Part shown: positions 1 through 9,932 of the stretch, in pieces
Layout of the letters: each line of letters starts with the position of its first letter
How positions within the stretch are numbered: the stretch's first letter is position 1
Origin: an uncultured Chlamydiae bacterium
GTDB lineage: Bacteria > Chlamydiota > Chlamydiia > Chlamydiales > SM23-39
Assembly: GCA_963828125.1 (NCBI GenBank)
Contig: CAWHDP010000002.1
Location: 928,001-992,000 of the forward strand
Direction: 5' to 3'
DNA length: 64,000 bases
Made by a program: the position numbers and the translations under genes
The notes under the pieces: generated by a model
Told to the model about the DNA's origin: nothing
Databases searched by the model: none
What the model saw: only the letters and a program-made list of their open reading frames with translations

Positions 1-2255
1 ACCACTCGGCTATTGCCTACCATCTCTTGCGTTGGATCCCCGTCCAAAATGAATGTTAGAAGACTCGCAACAATTGCGACTGGATCTGAGCCTTCCATGG
101 TCGGGAATGTTTCAGGGCTTTGTTCATGGAGAATTTGGAATATGTCGGCGACATCTTGAGCGTTTGGCGCGGTATTTTGCATAAAGTGATTTAACTCCAA
201 AAGGAGTGACAATCGACGAATATTTTTTTGATGAATTATCTCTAATCCGTTCGTCGGCAAGCTGCCTTTTCTCACCTCCCCAAGAGCCTTTCGTATCTCT
301 TCCAAGTCGTTGCTTGTCAGTTTATTTTGTCTGAAGCGCGTGCCCAGAGTCACCAGAAATCTATACTTTTGTACTGTAGCCGCATCTGGATTTTGGACGG
401 CGAACGCCTCTACACCTTTAGGGAACAAAAGGTGTTCGTAACAAAAATTCCCGATTTTTACGAGAATTTGTTCTCTTATTTCTTGTTCTTGTAAGCATGT
501 ATGCAAGGAGGCCACCATGTTTCCATTGAGTGATCCTGCCGGTGGAACCTGCAACTCGATATCCCTAGGAGTATAGGTTTGCGGACATGACGACTGTACT
601 GTCTGATCTAATAAATTGGGCCTTGCCCCTCCGATAAAAGGCAGCGGAAGCTGTGGGAACGAAACGATCACTGGGGGTAAGGATGGGGGAGTTCGTTTTT
701 GCATTCCAGCAACTATGCCAACTACAACCAAAGCGCCGAACATAACGGCAAGAGGGAGGTTGCCACGTCGGAGACAGCCCATGCATATGCCAAAGAGTCC
801 TGTGATCATCGCTACTTTAGTCAGCCAAGCGGATTCTACTCCTTGCACCACTACAGGTGGAGCCGGTTGAATCTGCTGCTGGAGCTCCCGAAGGTGCCCT
901 TCAAACGTCTGAACCCTATTCTCGAATGATGGATCGTTTTCTTGTCCTTTGAAATCATTGAATTCCCGTTGAAGAGTAGTCACCCTGGTTTGGCATAGCA
1001 GTAGACGATCCTGAGGGACGCCTTGAACCTGAGCTGTGACACCCCGGAAACGAGTGGCCAGGTTCTCGAGAGTCTGGAGATTCTTAATGTTGATCTGCAG
1101 CTTCTGAATCTGATCATTCAACAGCTGAACCTGGTCCGAGAATGTCGGATCGACACTCTGGCAGCCCTGGAGCCTACCCAACGTCTGATTCAGAGTCTGC
1201 AGCTGTTGCTGTAACCGAAGCTGAAACACACCGGGAAGCTGCGAGATACTTGTCTGGAGAGTTCCCAAACGTGCTGACAGCTGCTCCAGGGTCTTCTGGA
1301 CATTTTCGCGCTCCTGAATACCTATTTGAAAGAATTGGATATTTTGAGTGAAGGTTTGGTGTTGGGACACAAAATCGGGATTGTCGTCTGGTACATTTAG
1401 GAGATTTGAGAAGGCATCGAGCTGGGTGCGAAGGGACCGGGAGAACTCAGACCGAAGCGCTGGAGGAAGAGTCGAGATCTTGGTCATAAGGGACTGTAGA
1501 GTCGTTGCCGAGGCCACGAGGGTCTGAATGCGCTGAATGGCTACCGCCTCCTTGTCGAGCGCTCCACGAAATAATATATCTTCCTCAGGCTCATTGAGTT
1601 GGATCAAGGCTATAGCAGCTTTCCTCTTTCCGAGTGAATCCGCGAGTTGCGCCTTCAGCGAGCTATCTGGGAGGCGCTGGATCTGGGTGTCGAGCTCTTG
1701 CACAGTCTGGTCCTGGTGCTGGTATACTTGTTGCCGCAGGTAACCTTGGCTCTCGCCCTGGATCCGTTGCCTGTGCGCGGCCTGCAATTCCTCGACAAGC
1801 TTGATCGCCGCCTGGAGCTCAACGCTCAGATTCGTGTGCTCCTGTTGCTGCGCATTCGTAACATCACCGCGCGAGTTCTTGAGATTCTGGATGCTCGTGA
1901 TTAAACGGCCTCTTAAGGCCCCCACCCTTGTGCGGCACTCTGTTACAGGCCTCCCCAATATTGGGAGGTTCCCGACCTGTCCATAGAGTTGGTCGATCTT
2001 TATGTATAGCTCGGTGCTAAGAGACACGTGCTGTTCAGCTTGCCTTAGCAATTTTTGCTGTGCCCCCACGGATAATACTACGACCTCTGCTGGCTGCTGT
2101 TCTAGGTCTGCTAGTACCTCCTCCTGCCGCTGCCGCTTTATCTCGCCGTGCTCTACCGGTATGGCCGCGTGCTCTACCGGTATGGCCGCGTGCTCTAGCT
2201 CTATATCTTGTTGTTGAAACATAATATTATTTTGACCATTCGGAGCAACATTCAT
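1..2255 (-). CDS. Large Inc-like candidate secreted effector (coiled-coil N-terminus, bilobed hydrophobic segment); 3' end outside window; missing from ORF track
   Basis: Manual translation from ATG at 2255 (SD AGGTGG upstream) stays open to position 1 (>750 aa). Gln/Leu-rich heptads; hydrophobic hairpin AWLTKVAMITGLFGICMGCLRRGNLPLAVMFGALVVVGIVAGM at ~nt 700-830. Confidence 0.8.
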   Translation of the reverse strand, partial: MNVAPNGQNNIMFQQQDIELEHAAIPVEHAAIPVEHGEIKRQRQEEVLADLEQQPAEVVVLSVGAQQKLLRQAEQHVSLSTELYIKIDQLYGQVGNLPILGRPVTECRTRVGALRGRLITSIQNLKNSRGDVTNAQQQEHTNLSVELQAAIKLVEELQAAHRQRIQGESQGYLRQQVYQHQDQTVQELDTQIQRLPDSSLKAQLADSLGKRKAAIALIQLNEPEEDILFRGALDKEAVAIQRIQTLVASATTLQSLMTKISTLPPALRSEFSRSLRTQLDAFSNLLNVPDDNPDFVSQHQTFTQNIQFFQIGIQERENVQKTLEQLSARLGTLQTSISQLPGVFQLRLQQQLQTLNQTLGRLQGCQSVDPTFSDQVQLLNDQIQKLQINIKNLQTLENLATRFRGVTAQVQGVPQDRLLLCQTRVTTLQREFNDFKGQENDPSFENRVQTFEGHLRELQQQIQPAPPVVVQGVESAWLTKVAMITGLFGICMGCLRRGNLPLAVMFGALVVVGIVAGMQKRTPPSLPPVIVSFPQLPLPFIGGARPNLLDQTVQSSCPQTYTPRDIELQVPPAGSLNGNMVASLHTCLQEQEIREQILVKIGNFCYEHLLFPKGVEAFAVQNPDAATVQKYRFLVTLGTRFRQNKLTSNDLEEIRKALGEVRKGSLPTNGLEIIHQKNIRRLSLLLELNHFMQNTAPNAQDVADIFQILHEQSPETFPTMEGSDPVAIVASLLTFILDGDPTQEMVGNSRV
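2148..2195 (-). repeat. In-frame 21-bp tandem repeat (EHAAIPV x2 + EH)
   Basis: gtgctctaccggtatggccgc repeated in tandem. Confidence 0.85.
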
Positions 2256-2418
2256 AAACCACCTATTTTATTAATTAATTCAGTATTATACACTATTAAA
2301 AATTAAATAAAAACAAAAATAAAACAAAATTTAAGCGTTAAGTTAAAATGTTCTCTTTTTGGTAATCAGAAGTCATTGATTATCAACGAGGAGGAGACTA
2401 AATGGGGAGCGTATATCA

Positions 2419-2789
2419 ATGAGTTCAAAAGACTTAAAGAGATTAGAGGTTTTGACAGATGTCAAAGAACGACGTTTAAAGCAGTCAAAAGGAGCCAGGA
2501 TTGTAGGGATACGTCCGAGGCAATTTAGGCGATGACTACGAAAATTCAGGACTGAGGGGCCAAAAGGGGTGGTTTCCAAGAAAGTGGGGGCCCCAAGCAA
2601 CAATCAACTTTCTCAACGTGAAAAGACCCAAATTTTAGATTTCTTCAAGGAGAAAGATCATTACGATTTCGGACCCACATTGGCCCATGAGTATTTGGCC
2701 GAAAAAGGGGTGTCTGGTTGTTCGATTAGTTCGGTGCGAAATGTTATGATTAAACATGGATTGTGGCACGCGAAAGAGATCCGAATTGA
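2419..2789 (+). pseudogene. ISNCY/IS481-like transposase N-terminal remnant
   Basis: MSSKDLKRLEVLTDVKERRLKQSKGARIVGIRPRQFRR*LRKFRTEGPKGVVSKKVGAPSN...YDFGPTLAHEYL; in-frame TGA at 2533-2535; truncated at the intron remnant. Confidence 0.75.
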
Positions 2790-2864
2790 ATCGCGTAGGA
2801 GGGAGTCATTTTGACTCCCGTCCTCGCACACCACCGTACGTACGGATCCGTGTACGGCGGTTTC
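2790..2864 (-). ncRNA. Group II intron (class IIC-like) domain V/VI 3' remnant
   Basis: Minus strand GAAACCGCCGTACACGGATCCGTACGTACGGTGGTGTGCGAGG (short DV, CCGCCG start), then DVI GGGAGTCAAAATGACTCCCTCCTACGCGAT ending in AY. Confidence 0.85.
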
Positions 2865-3175
2865 TTTTAAGTTCCCTGCCAGTTTTCCCCACCTTATTAT
2901 CCTGCTTCTTATATACTGATACACCTCCCAAGTCTGAAGCCCTGTGGGGCAGTATACGCCCATTCATGAGTTACGGAGGTTGTTCGATAACCAAGACAAG
3001 TAAAGTGAGAGAGGTTTTAGTTCCTAAAAACACCCTCGAGCGACTGCGCGAAATAGCACGACTCTCGGAGCAGAACACCCCGGAAGAGTCAGTAAGAGAA
3101 GAGCTCCGGACCCTATGGGAGTCCGTTTTTTCTTCGCCCCGCCAGCATTTGGAATGATTTTTACGCGAGAAATTT

Positions 3176-3892
3176 TTATATTTTCATGTTATGATAAACG
3201 GCGTCGACGTCGTCGAGGTTTTCGAGCCATTCGATGAGAGCAATGTTAGAGTCGGCGTCTTGATCGTTCACCTCCACCCATGTTTTCGGAACCATGGCAA
3301 GCTCTGCTTCTTCGATTTTTCCGCCCATTTTCTCTACAGCTTCCTTCACTGAAATATAGGCCTCAATAGGCGTTGTGACTACATAAGACTCATCTTCAAC
3401 GGCAAAATCGTCAGCGCCTGCTTCGCTGACGAGAAGAAATAGCTCGTCTTCTTTGGCGCTCGATTTGGCGATGCGGATGACCCCTTTCCGGTCGAAATTG
3501 TAGGCGACGGCGCCGGGAGTGGCCACAGTTCCGCCGCATTTATTCGTGGCGATCCGAATATCGGATGAGATCCGATTTTTATTGTCAGTCATGATGTCGG
3601 CGATGATCCCCACCCCTCCATAGCCATAGAGCTCATAGGTCATCGAAGTATAATCTTGCGTGTCGGAGCTGGCCGCTTTTTTGATATTGCGCTCGACATT
3701 GTCATTGGGGAGATTCGCATCTTTCGCTTTTTGAATAGCGACCCGGAGCTTGCTATTTGTCTTGGGGTCGACCCCCCCTTGCTTGACTGCGCTGATGATC
3801 TCCTTCATGATGCGGGAAAAAACTTTCCCCTTTTTTTTGTCCGAGCGCTCTTTCCGATGCTTGATGTTCGCCCACTTGCTATGGCCTGCCAT
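3176..3892 (-). CDS. yebC: YebC/PmpR family protein
   Basis: MAGHSKWANIKHRK; YELYGYGGVG; DDVDAVYHN. Confidence 0.97.
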   Translation of the reverse strand: MAGHSKWANIKHRKERSDKKKGKVFSRIMKEIISAVKQGGVDPKTNSKLRVAIQKAKDANLPNDNVERNIKKAASSDTQDYTSMTYELYGYGGVGIIADIMTDNKNRISSDIRIATNKCGGTVATPGAVAYNFDRKGVIRIAKSSAKEDELFLLVSEAGADDFAVEDESYVVTTPIEAYISVKEAVEKMGGKIEEAELAMVPKTWVEVNDQDADSNIALIEWLENLDDVDAVYHNMKI

Positions 3893-3925
3893 GGGATTTC
3901 CTTTTTTTAGACTAGTTTAACCCAT

Positions 3926-4420
3926 TCATAGCTCTTTTTGCATCAAGATCTTGTCGACATAACGGCCAGGCCCTTCCTTGATGAACTTTGGATGGACCCC
4001 GTATTCTTTGAAACCGAGCCGCTTATACAGATCGATCGCCGGATTGCCTCGATACACTTCCAGATGGAGAAACTCGATGTGAAACCGCTCTTTCGCAAGA
4101 GCGATCAGCTCCCTCATCAACTTGGCCCCCACCCCTTTGCCCCGATATTTTTCGTCGACAATAATCGCTAAAAGACACTGGTGCTTCATCTTCTGATAGG
4201 GCTGCAGATAGAGATTCGCAATCCCGCACGGCGCCCCATCCCAAAGCGCCGTGAGAACGGCGTGATCCTTCGAGTAGCTCACCCAAATGCGGGCGGCGTC
4301 TTCGATTTCGCGAAGATCGGCGAGAGGAAAACCGCCCAATACTCCAGGCTGTAGCAGCCATTCGACGAGATATTTTTGATCGCTCTCTTCTCCAAACCGG
4401 ATCGTTAAGTGCTCTTTCAT
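3926..4420 (-). CDS. GNAT N-acetyltransferase
   Basis: KYRGKGVG acetyl-CoA motif; NPAIDLYKRLGF; likely start MKEHL overlapping the upstream stop. Confidence 0.9.
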   Translation of the reverse strand: MKEHLTIRFGEESDQKYLVEWLLQPGVLGGFPLADLREIEDAARIWVSYSKDHAVLTALWDGAPCGIANLYLQPYQKMKHQCLLAIIVDEKYRGKGVGAKLMRELIALAKERFHIEFLHLEVYRGNPAIDLYKRLGFKEYGVHPKFIKEGPGRYVDKILMQKEL

Positions 4421-4914
4421 TGAAACATATGCTCCCATATAACGCGCGGCCGCAGACGTCCGTCGATCTTCACAAAATTTTCCTGCCGGACAATCTCGTG
4501 AAACCCGAGTTTGCCGAGCAAAGGAATCAACTCGCTCGGCTCATACAGTTCGACGTAAACGCCCTCCAGACGAAAGCGGGTTTTTGCCAAATTGAGAAGG
4601 TTCCGGATCATCGAAGTCCCAACCCCTTTACGCCGATGTTTGGGATCGACAATGAGAAAAAGAGAGCAGTTGTGGGCCACTTTCTTATAGGGCATCAAAA
4701 AAAGGGTCCCAATCGCGCAAGGGACGTCATTGATCGTCCCAGTCAAGCTAGCCTTGAATTTCGAAAAACCGATCCAATTTTTCAAAGCCTCTTCTTTTTC
4801 TGCCGGACCAAATGGAAAATCGTCGCAGGCTTTCGGGTCTTGAAACCACTCCTGCAAATAGGGCAAATCTTCCATCGCCGTATAGCGAATATCAAAATCG
4901 GGAATGGAAATCAT
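4417..4914 (-). CDS. GNAT N-acetyltransferase (tandem paralog)
   Basis: HRRKGVG motif; similar to the downstream GNAT. Confidence 0.88.
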   Translation of the reverse strand: MISIPDFDIRYTAMEDLPYLQEWFQDPKACDDFPFGPAEKEEALKNWIGFSKFKASLTGTINDVPCAIGTLFLMPYKKVAHNCSLFLIVDPKHRRKGVGTSMIRNLLNLAKTRFRLEGVYVELYEPSELIPLLGKLGFHEIVRQENFVKIDGRLRPRVIWEHMFQ

Positions 4915-6006
4915 CCGAATTCCTTTAAATATGCATTGACAAAATCATCGAGTAAATCGCCGTCCATCATGGCCTCGATATTGCCCGCTTCAAACTTCGT
5001 CCGGGCGTCTTTTACAAGGGTATAGGGCTGGAATACATAATTGCGGATTTGGCTTCCCCATGCAATCTCTTTTTTCTCCCCGCCCATCGCAGAAAGTTTT
5101 TGCTCCCTTTCCCGATACTCTTTTTCATAGAGCTTGGAGCGGAGCATTTTTAGACAGCTCTCTCGGTTCTGGATCTGGCTCCTTTCGCTTTGGCAGGAGA
5201 CGACAAGCCCAGTGGGAATGTGGGTGATCCGGACGGCCGAGTCGGTTTTATTGACGTGCTGGCCTCCAGCGCCTGATGCACGATAGGTGTCCACCCGAAT
5301 GTCTTCGGCTCGGACTTCAACTTGCACATCGTCGATGATCGGGGTTACGTCGACCGACGCGAAACTTGTGTGGCGCCGCGCATTGGAATCAAAGGGAGAA
5401 ATCCGGACGAGCCGATGCACCCCTTTTTCCGATTTGCAGTACCCATAAGCAAAAGGGCCTGTCACCCGGAAGGAGATATTTTTGATGCCGACGATCTCCC
5501 CATCTAGCCGGTCGATCACCTCGACTTTCCAGCCCCGTTTCGCCATCCAACGCTGATACATCCGAGAGAGCATCGCTGCCCAATCGCAAGACTCGGTGCC
5601 GCCGGCGCCGGCGTTGATCTCCAGATAACAATCTTTCCCATCCAACTCGCCAGAGAGCATCTTGCGCATTTCAAGATCGCCTAACTTCTTCTCAATATCG
5701 GCAAGCGAGGCGAGCAGCTCTTGCACAAGCGCCTCATCGCCCAGCGCTTCCGCCTCAGGCAATAGCTCCAACACATCGGAAAAACGGCTCTTGAGCTCGT
5801 TGTAAGGGACTGTCCACAATTTCAGCGCATTGCAAGCCTCAATCACTTTTCCTGCAGCTTCCCTGTCATCCCAAAAGGGGGGCGCTGCCATCTGCTCTTC
5901 AAGTTTTTTGACTTCCCGCTCCTTCTCGGCTAAGTCAAAGATACCTCATCATAGCAAGGAGTCTCGCTTCGATCTCTTTCAACTTTTCTTGCCTCTCAAA
6001 ATTCAT
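4911..6006 (-). CDS. prfB: Peptide chain release factor 2 with programmed +1 frameshift
   Basis: SPF and GGQ motifs; first frame [23 protein letters not shown] ends at AGG TAT CTT TGA C (CTTTGAC at 5940-5934). Confidence 0.97.
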
Positions 6007-6233
6007 CATCCACCCACATCTTCTTCCATTTTCACCCAATTTTCACCCAAAACAGCGTAAAAGTCAAAGACTCAAGAAAATTCTTAACCTCTGAACGTCA
6101 ATGGGAATTTACGATCCATTTGCTTTTTCTTTACATTTATCTAACGGACTATATAATTTTTGAGTCATTAGTCAACACAATTGAGGGCCAGGTCCTCGCA
6201 AACATAAAAAAAAACCCATTAAGGAGGTTTCAG

Positions 6234-6602
6234 ATGTCTACAATACCAGCACCAACCAACACCAACACTTTCTCCACGACTATGTCGAACGGGGTCAATT
6301 GGGTTACAAATGGGGCAAAAAACGCCGCTGCCAGCATGGGCGATCTGCTCGGCAGAATATGGGCGACCGTTTGCTCCGTTTTGTCTAGCATCGGCTCTAC
6401 ATTGTCTCAGTGGGGATCCAGCGCGTATGCAGCGCTCTCCGCAGGACTGGAGCAAATGAAGAACCTGCCGACCGAAACCAAAGGGTTGGTTGGCGGCTTG
6501 TTTGTTCTGGCCGCAGGAGCCGGCGCTCTGGCCATGAAATACTGGTCAGCAGCAGCGCCCGCAGGGTTAAGCTCTGTTCCTTCATCGAAAGACAAAGCCT
6601 AA
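6234..6602 (+). CDS. Small membrane protein, possible Inc/T3SS substrate
   Basis: AAGGAGG SD before ATG 6234; Ser/Thr-rich N-terminus; C-terminal TM LVGGLFVLAAGAGALAM. Confidence 0.7.
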   Translation: MSTIPAPTNTNTFSTTMSNGVNWVTNGAKNAAASMGDLLGRIWATVCSVLSSIGSTLSQWGSSAYAALSAGLEQMKNLPTETKGLVGGLFVLAAGAGALAMKYWSAAAPAGLSSVPSSKDKA

Positions 6603-6613
6603 AGGACCATATG

Positions 6614-6631
6614 GGGAGGCTGCGGCCTCCC
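6614..6631. terminator. GC hairpin between convergent genes
   Basis: gggaggc-tgcg-gcctccc. Confidence 0.55.
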
Positions 6632-8622
6632 TATATCTCCATGGTTTGTCCCTCTTCGACGATAAAAGTACGACTCCCGCTGAGATGGGCGTTCCGCGCA
6701 ATGAACCTACCATCTCCTTTCAAGACAATCTTCACCGACTCGTCCCTCTTCAGATCCATTTTCCAATAAGGTTTCGAGCGGCTCCAATCTACCCCCCTGT
6801 TTTCAATCGTCACATTTTCCAAAATACAGCGGCCGCTCTCTTTTCCCATGATTTGCAAACTGCCTTGGACATGCAGATTGTGTATCAAGACATCCGCCAT
6901 TTCTAACAAAAATTCGGCTCCTAACCTCAATATCCCCCCTGACAATTTTTTCCGAATGATGGAATAGAGCGGACCTAGGGTCGGATGGTACAAAAATAGA
7001 CACTCAGGCCCTTTTTGCAGCGTCTCTTCTAACGATCTTCTCTCTGGCAGCGCAAACCCACACCCGGTCAACAATTCGCGATGCGCAGTCATAAGATCGT
7101 AAAAACAGTTTTCCGGCGTCTCTTGCATGGGCTTGCCGGGAATAAACGCCCTTTTGGCGGTCGAGATGGTTTTATGCCTCCGATTATAAGTCACAAACGT
7201 CCTCTCAGCCCCCTTTTTTTCAACAAATACATCGGCGATATTTTGCATCGTCGACTCGAGCCGCGCCATCGCCTCCTCTTTTTTTTCTCCCGTTTCAGTT
7301 GTGTAGCTCCCTTTTTTCAGATTGATCAGCAGCCCTGGAAACGGGGCCCGTTCTACTGCAGCGCTGATCGCCTTCAGGTCGGCAAATAAGATATTCGTAT
7401 TCGAAGAGAAGCGGGAATAGGGCTCTCCCTCTTTGAGGGGCAGATCTTGGATGCCGAATTTAGCAAAATCGCAATACTCGATATTGGTCAAAACGGCATT
7501 CTCGCCCCGCTCGATCAGCACATTGACCCCTTCAGCAGCCTGAAGCAGCCTAGGGCATGAGGCAAAGCCGAACACCCTCTCTTTTTTACAGCCGATCCCA
7601 GTAAAGGCCAAAAGGCCATAATCAAGCCCTGCGATCGGATTGTTGATTTGCCGGATCAGCGCCTTCGTCCGCCCAAGTTTCGCTAGCCAATCGAAAATCC
7701 CCTTATCGCGCGCCAGCTTCCAAATCGCGCCGTGCCCTCCTGGCTTCAAAAGGGGTTTAAAAGGTCCCGCTACACACCAATCGCCCTGTTCATTCACCGC
7801 AGGGGCGAGCGGCTGTGTAAAAAAACGGATTGAATCTTTGGGCCTCCCAAAATAGTGGCCCGCTTCGCAAATTTCGACCACATGGGCGTGGTTGCTCTTG
7901 TCGTGAGAGGTCATAATGGCGATCGGAGTGGTCAGCCGAATCCCAAATCTTTGAAAATAGAGGAATTCGCGCGCCTCAAGATCCCGAATGAGATGTTCTA
8001 AAAGAGTTTTCCCAGCAAAGGCAAGTTTGGCGGCGGGAAGTTCAGTCCCCGTTTTTTCATCGACAAGATGGAGCCGGTCAGCCGACCCGCCGAGCGGATA
8101 GATCTCAGCCATCTGCGGCAGAGCCTCAATCCCCCATTCAATCGCTTCTTGAACAGCGGGAGTCTCTTCCGCAATATCTATGAATGCGGGAGAATGATAT
8201 TCTGCGTCAGAGGGCGCCTCTTCTTTGGCCCCTTTCAAAAGCTCGAGAATTTTCGCCTGGTAGCCCACGATGCCTCCCATTTCCCGATAGAAATGGTCGA
8301 CAGGAATGAGCTGAGTGAGGAGTTCTCCGAGTTTTTCCGGATCGTCCACGCCTCCCATGACCCGTTCCGCCTGGCCGGCGGCAATGATCGCTTTGAGAGC
8401 GAGATTCGCAGGATCAGAAAGAGAGGCGGAACAAGCGGCTATGCGCGGGTGCGCTTGAAAAAAGCGATCGACAGAAGAGAGAGAATCGAGAATCGCCATT
8501 TTAGCAAGGGCGGAAGGGGCCTCTCTCAGACGTTTGCCTAACACATCTAGCATACAAGGCGAATTTGCCAGGAACAGCGCAAAAAAACAAGGTAGAAGTT
8601 TTAGGATGGACAAAATGGCCAT
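6631..8622 (-). CDS. UTP--glucose-1-phosphate uridylyltransferase, chlamydial/plant UGP3-like
   Basis: YPLGGSADRL, KPGGHGAIWKL, RQINNP, GVNVL, ARLESTMQNIAD; true start may be internal (~8553). Confidence 0.85.
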   Translation of the reverse strand: MAILSILKLLPCFFALFLANSPCMLDVLGKRLREAPSALAKMAILDSLSSVDRFFQAHPRIAACSASLSDPANLALKAIIAAGQAERVMGGVDDPEKLGELLTQLIPVDHFYREMGGIVGYQAKILELLKGAKEEAPSDAEYHSPAFIDIAEETPAVQEAIEWGIEALPQMAEIYPLGGSADRLHLVDEKTGTELPAAKLAFAGKTLLEHLIRDLEAREFLYFQRFGIRLTTPIAIMTSHDKSNHAHVVEICEAGHYFGRPKDSIRFFTQPLAPAVNEQGDWCVAGPFKPLLKPGGHGAIWKLARDKGIFDWLAKLGRTKALIRQINNPIAGLDYGLLAFTGIGCKKERVFGFASCPRLLQAAEGVNVLIERGENAVLTNIEYCDFAKFGIQDLPLKEGEPYSRFSSNTNILFADLKAISAAVERAPFPGLLINLKKGSYTTETGEKKEEAMARLESTMQNIADVFVEKKGAERTFVTYNRRHKTISTAKRAFIPGKPMQETPENCFYDLMTAHRELLTGCGFALPERRSLEETLQKGPECLFLYHPTLGPLYSIIRKKLSGGILRLGAEFLLEMADVLIHNLHVQGSLQIMGKESGRCILENVTIENRGVDWSRSKPYWKMDLKRDESVKIVLKGDGRFIARNAHLSGSRTFIVEEGQTMEI

Positions 8623-8647
8623 TTTGGTTAGAATGTCAAACTCTTAG

Positions 8648-8762
8648 CCCGCATTTCTCACCCAGACGCGAGAAAAGGCGCTCAAGATGTTACGCCAGAT
8701 TGTGCAAATCGCATGGCGTGACAGATTGAGCAGATGTTCCGCGGATGTGTGAGAAATGCGGG
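8648..8762. mobile_element. 115-bp MITE with 14-bp terminal inverted repeats
   Basis: CCCGCATTTCTCAC...GTGAGAAATGCGGG; partial copies at 47097-47161 (inverted) and ~62594-62606. Confidence 0.75.
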
Positions 8763-8950
8763 TGAGCTGCTGAAGTCGAGGAATGAAATGGAAAAATCTC
8801 AGATTTTTTCGCCGAAATCTTTTGACTATTAAACCTCAGGACGGATAAAAGATTTCTTTTGAGGGTTGGAGAGGTTGGCTGTAAAAACTTTAGTTTTGGA
8901 CGGACGGCTCTGGCAGTATGACTCAAATTAGAAAAGGAGAATGAAAAAAC

Positions 8951-9211
8951 ATGGCGACGAAGCAAAAAAACTCTAAATTTATGCAACCGATGAAACCCAG
9001 CAAAGAACTCGCGGCCGTGGTGGGCGACGGACCTATGCCACGCACCGAGGTGACAAAAAATCTTTGGGCTTACATCAAGAAAAACGGGTTGCAAGATGCC
9101 AAGAATAAACGCAATATCAATCCAGATGAGAAAATGAGCAAAATTTTTGGCGGCAAAAAAGCGGTCAATATGTTTGAAATGACAAAGCTCGTCAACAAAC
9201 ACCTTTCTTGA
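8951..9211 (+). CDS. Stand-alone SWIB/MDM2 domain protein
   Basis: MPRTEVTKNLWAYIKKNGLQDAKNKRNINPDEK; MFEMTKLVNKHL. Confidence 0.95.
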   Translation: MATKQKNSKFMQPMKPSKELAAVVGDGPMPRTEVTKNLWAYIKKNGLQDAKNKRNINPDEKMSKIFGGKKAVNMFEMTKLVNKHLS

Positions 9212-9220
9212 TCGGGTAAG

Positions 9221-9249
9221 AAGGCCCAGAAGCTTTACTTTTGGGCCTT
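9221..9249 (+). terminator. Hairpin after SWIB gene
   Basis: aaggcccagaag-cttta-cttttgggcctt. Confidence 0.55.
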
Positions 9250-9269
9250 ATTTCGCTTACAATGCAGCC

Positions 9270-9932
9270 ATGATTTCTCTGATTTTTTTGGCTGGCGGGT
9301 CGGGTAGCCGGATGGGGTCTCCTCTTCCGAAACAGTACCTTCCCCTCCGAGGCAAGCCGATCGCTTTGCACAGTTTCGAGCTCTTTACCCGCATCCCCGA
9401 AATCGGCGAGATTATCGTCGTCTGCGAGGAGGAGCATCAACGTTTTTTTTCACACCCCGTCCTCTTTGCTGCAGCTGGCTGCCGCCGTCAAGATTCTGTC
9501 TACTCCGGCCTCCTGCAATGCTCTCAAGAAATCGTTTTTATCCACGACGCCGCGCGCCCTTTTTTCGATCCAAAAACTGTCCCCCTCCTTCTGAGAGCGG
9601 TGCAAACCACTGGAGCGGCGGCTCTCGCCTCTCCCGCTGTGAATACGATCAAACAGTGCGCTCCGAACCACATCGTCGAAAAGACGCTCGAGCGCTCCAC
9701 TCTCTGGGAGATGCAAACGCCGCAAGCCATTCGGCGGGATCTTCTGTTAGAGGCCTACGCCCACGCCCATCTGCACCATTTTGTAGCGACGGACGATCTA
9801 AGCCTCATCGAGGCCATCGGCCTTCCTACCCAAATCGTCCCCTCCTCTCCCCGCAATTTTAAAATCACCACCCCCTTTGATCTTGCGGTGGCCGAAACAC
9901 TTCTCCAGGACACTCAGTGCGCTATAAACTGA
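9270..9932 (+). CDS. ispD: 2-C-methyl-D-erythritol 4-phosphate cytidylyltransferase
   Basis: LAGGSGSRMG..PKQY; IHDAARPF; QTPQ; TDD; NFKITTPFDL. Confidence 0.95.
   Translation: MISLIFLAGGSGSRMGSPLPKQYLPLRGKPIALHSFELFTRIPEIGEIIVVCEEEHQRFFSHPVLFAAAGCRRQDSVYSGLLQCSQEIVFIHDAARPFFDPKTVPLLLRAVQTTGAAALASPAVNTIKQCAPNHIVEKTLERSTLWEMQTPQAIRRDLLLEAYAHAHLHHFVATDDLSLIEAIGLPTQIVPSSPRNFKITTPFDLAVAETLLQDTQCAIN

Noticed and set aside
565..2217. Many short plus-strand ORFs in the ORF track
   Set aside because: Shadows of the long minus-strand CDS 1-2255
2756..3157. 133-aa ORF
   Set aside because: Its 5' half reads through IS and antisense intron sequence; at most a C-terminal remnant of an unknown gene
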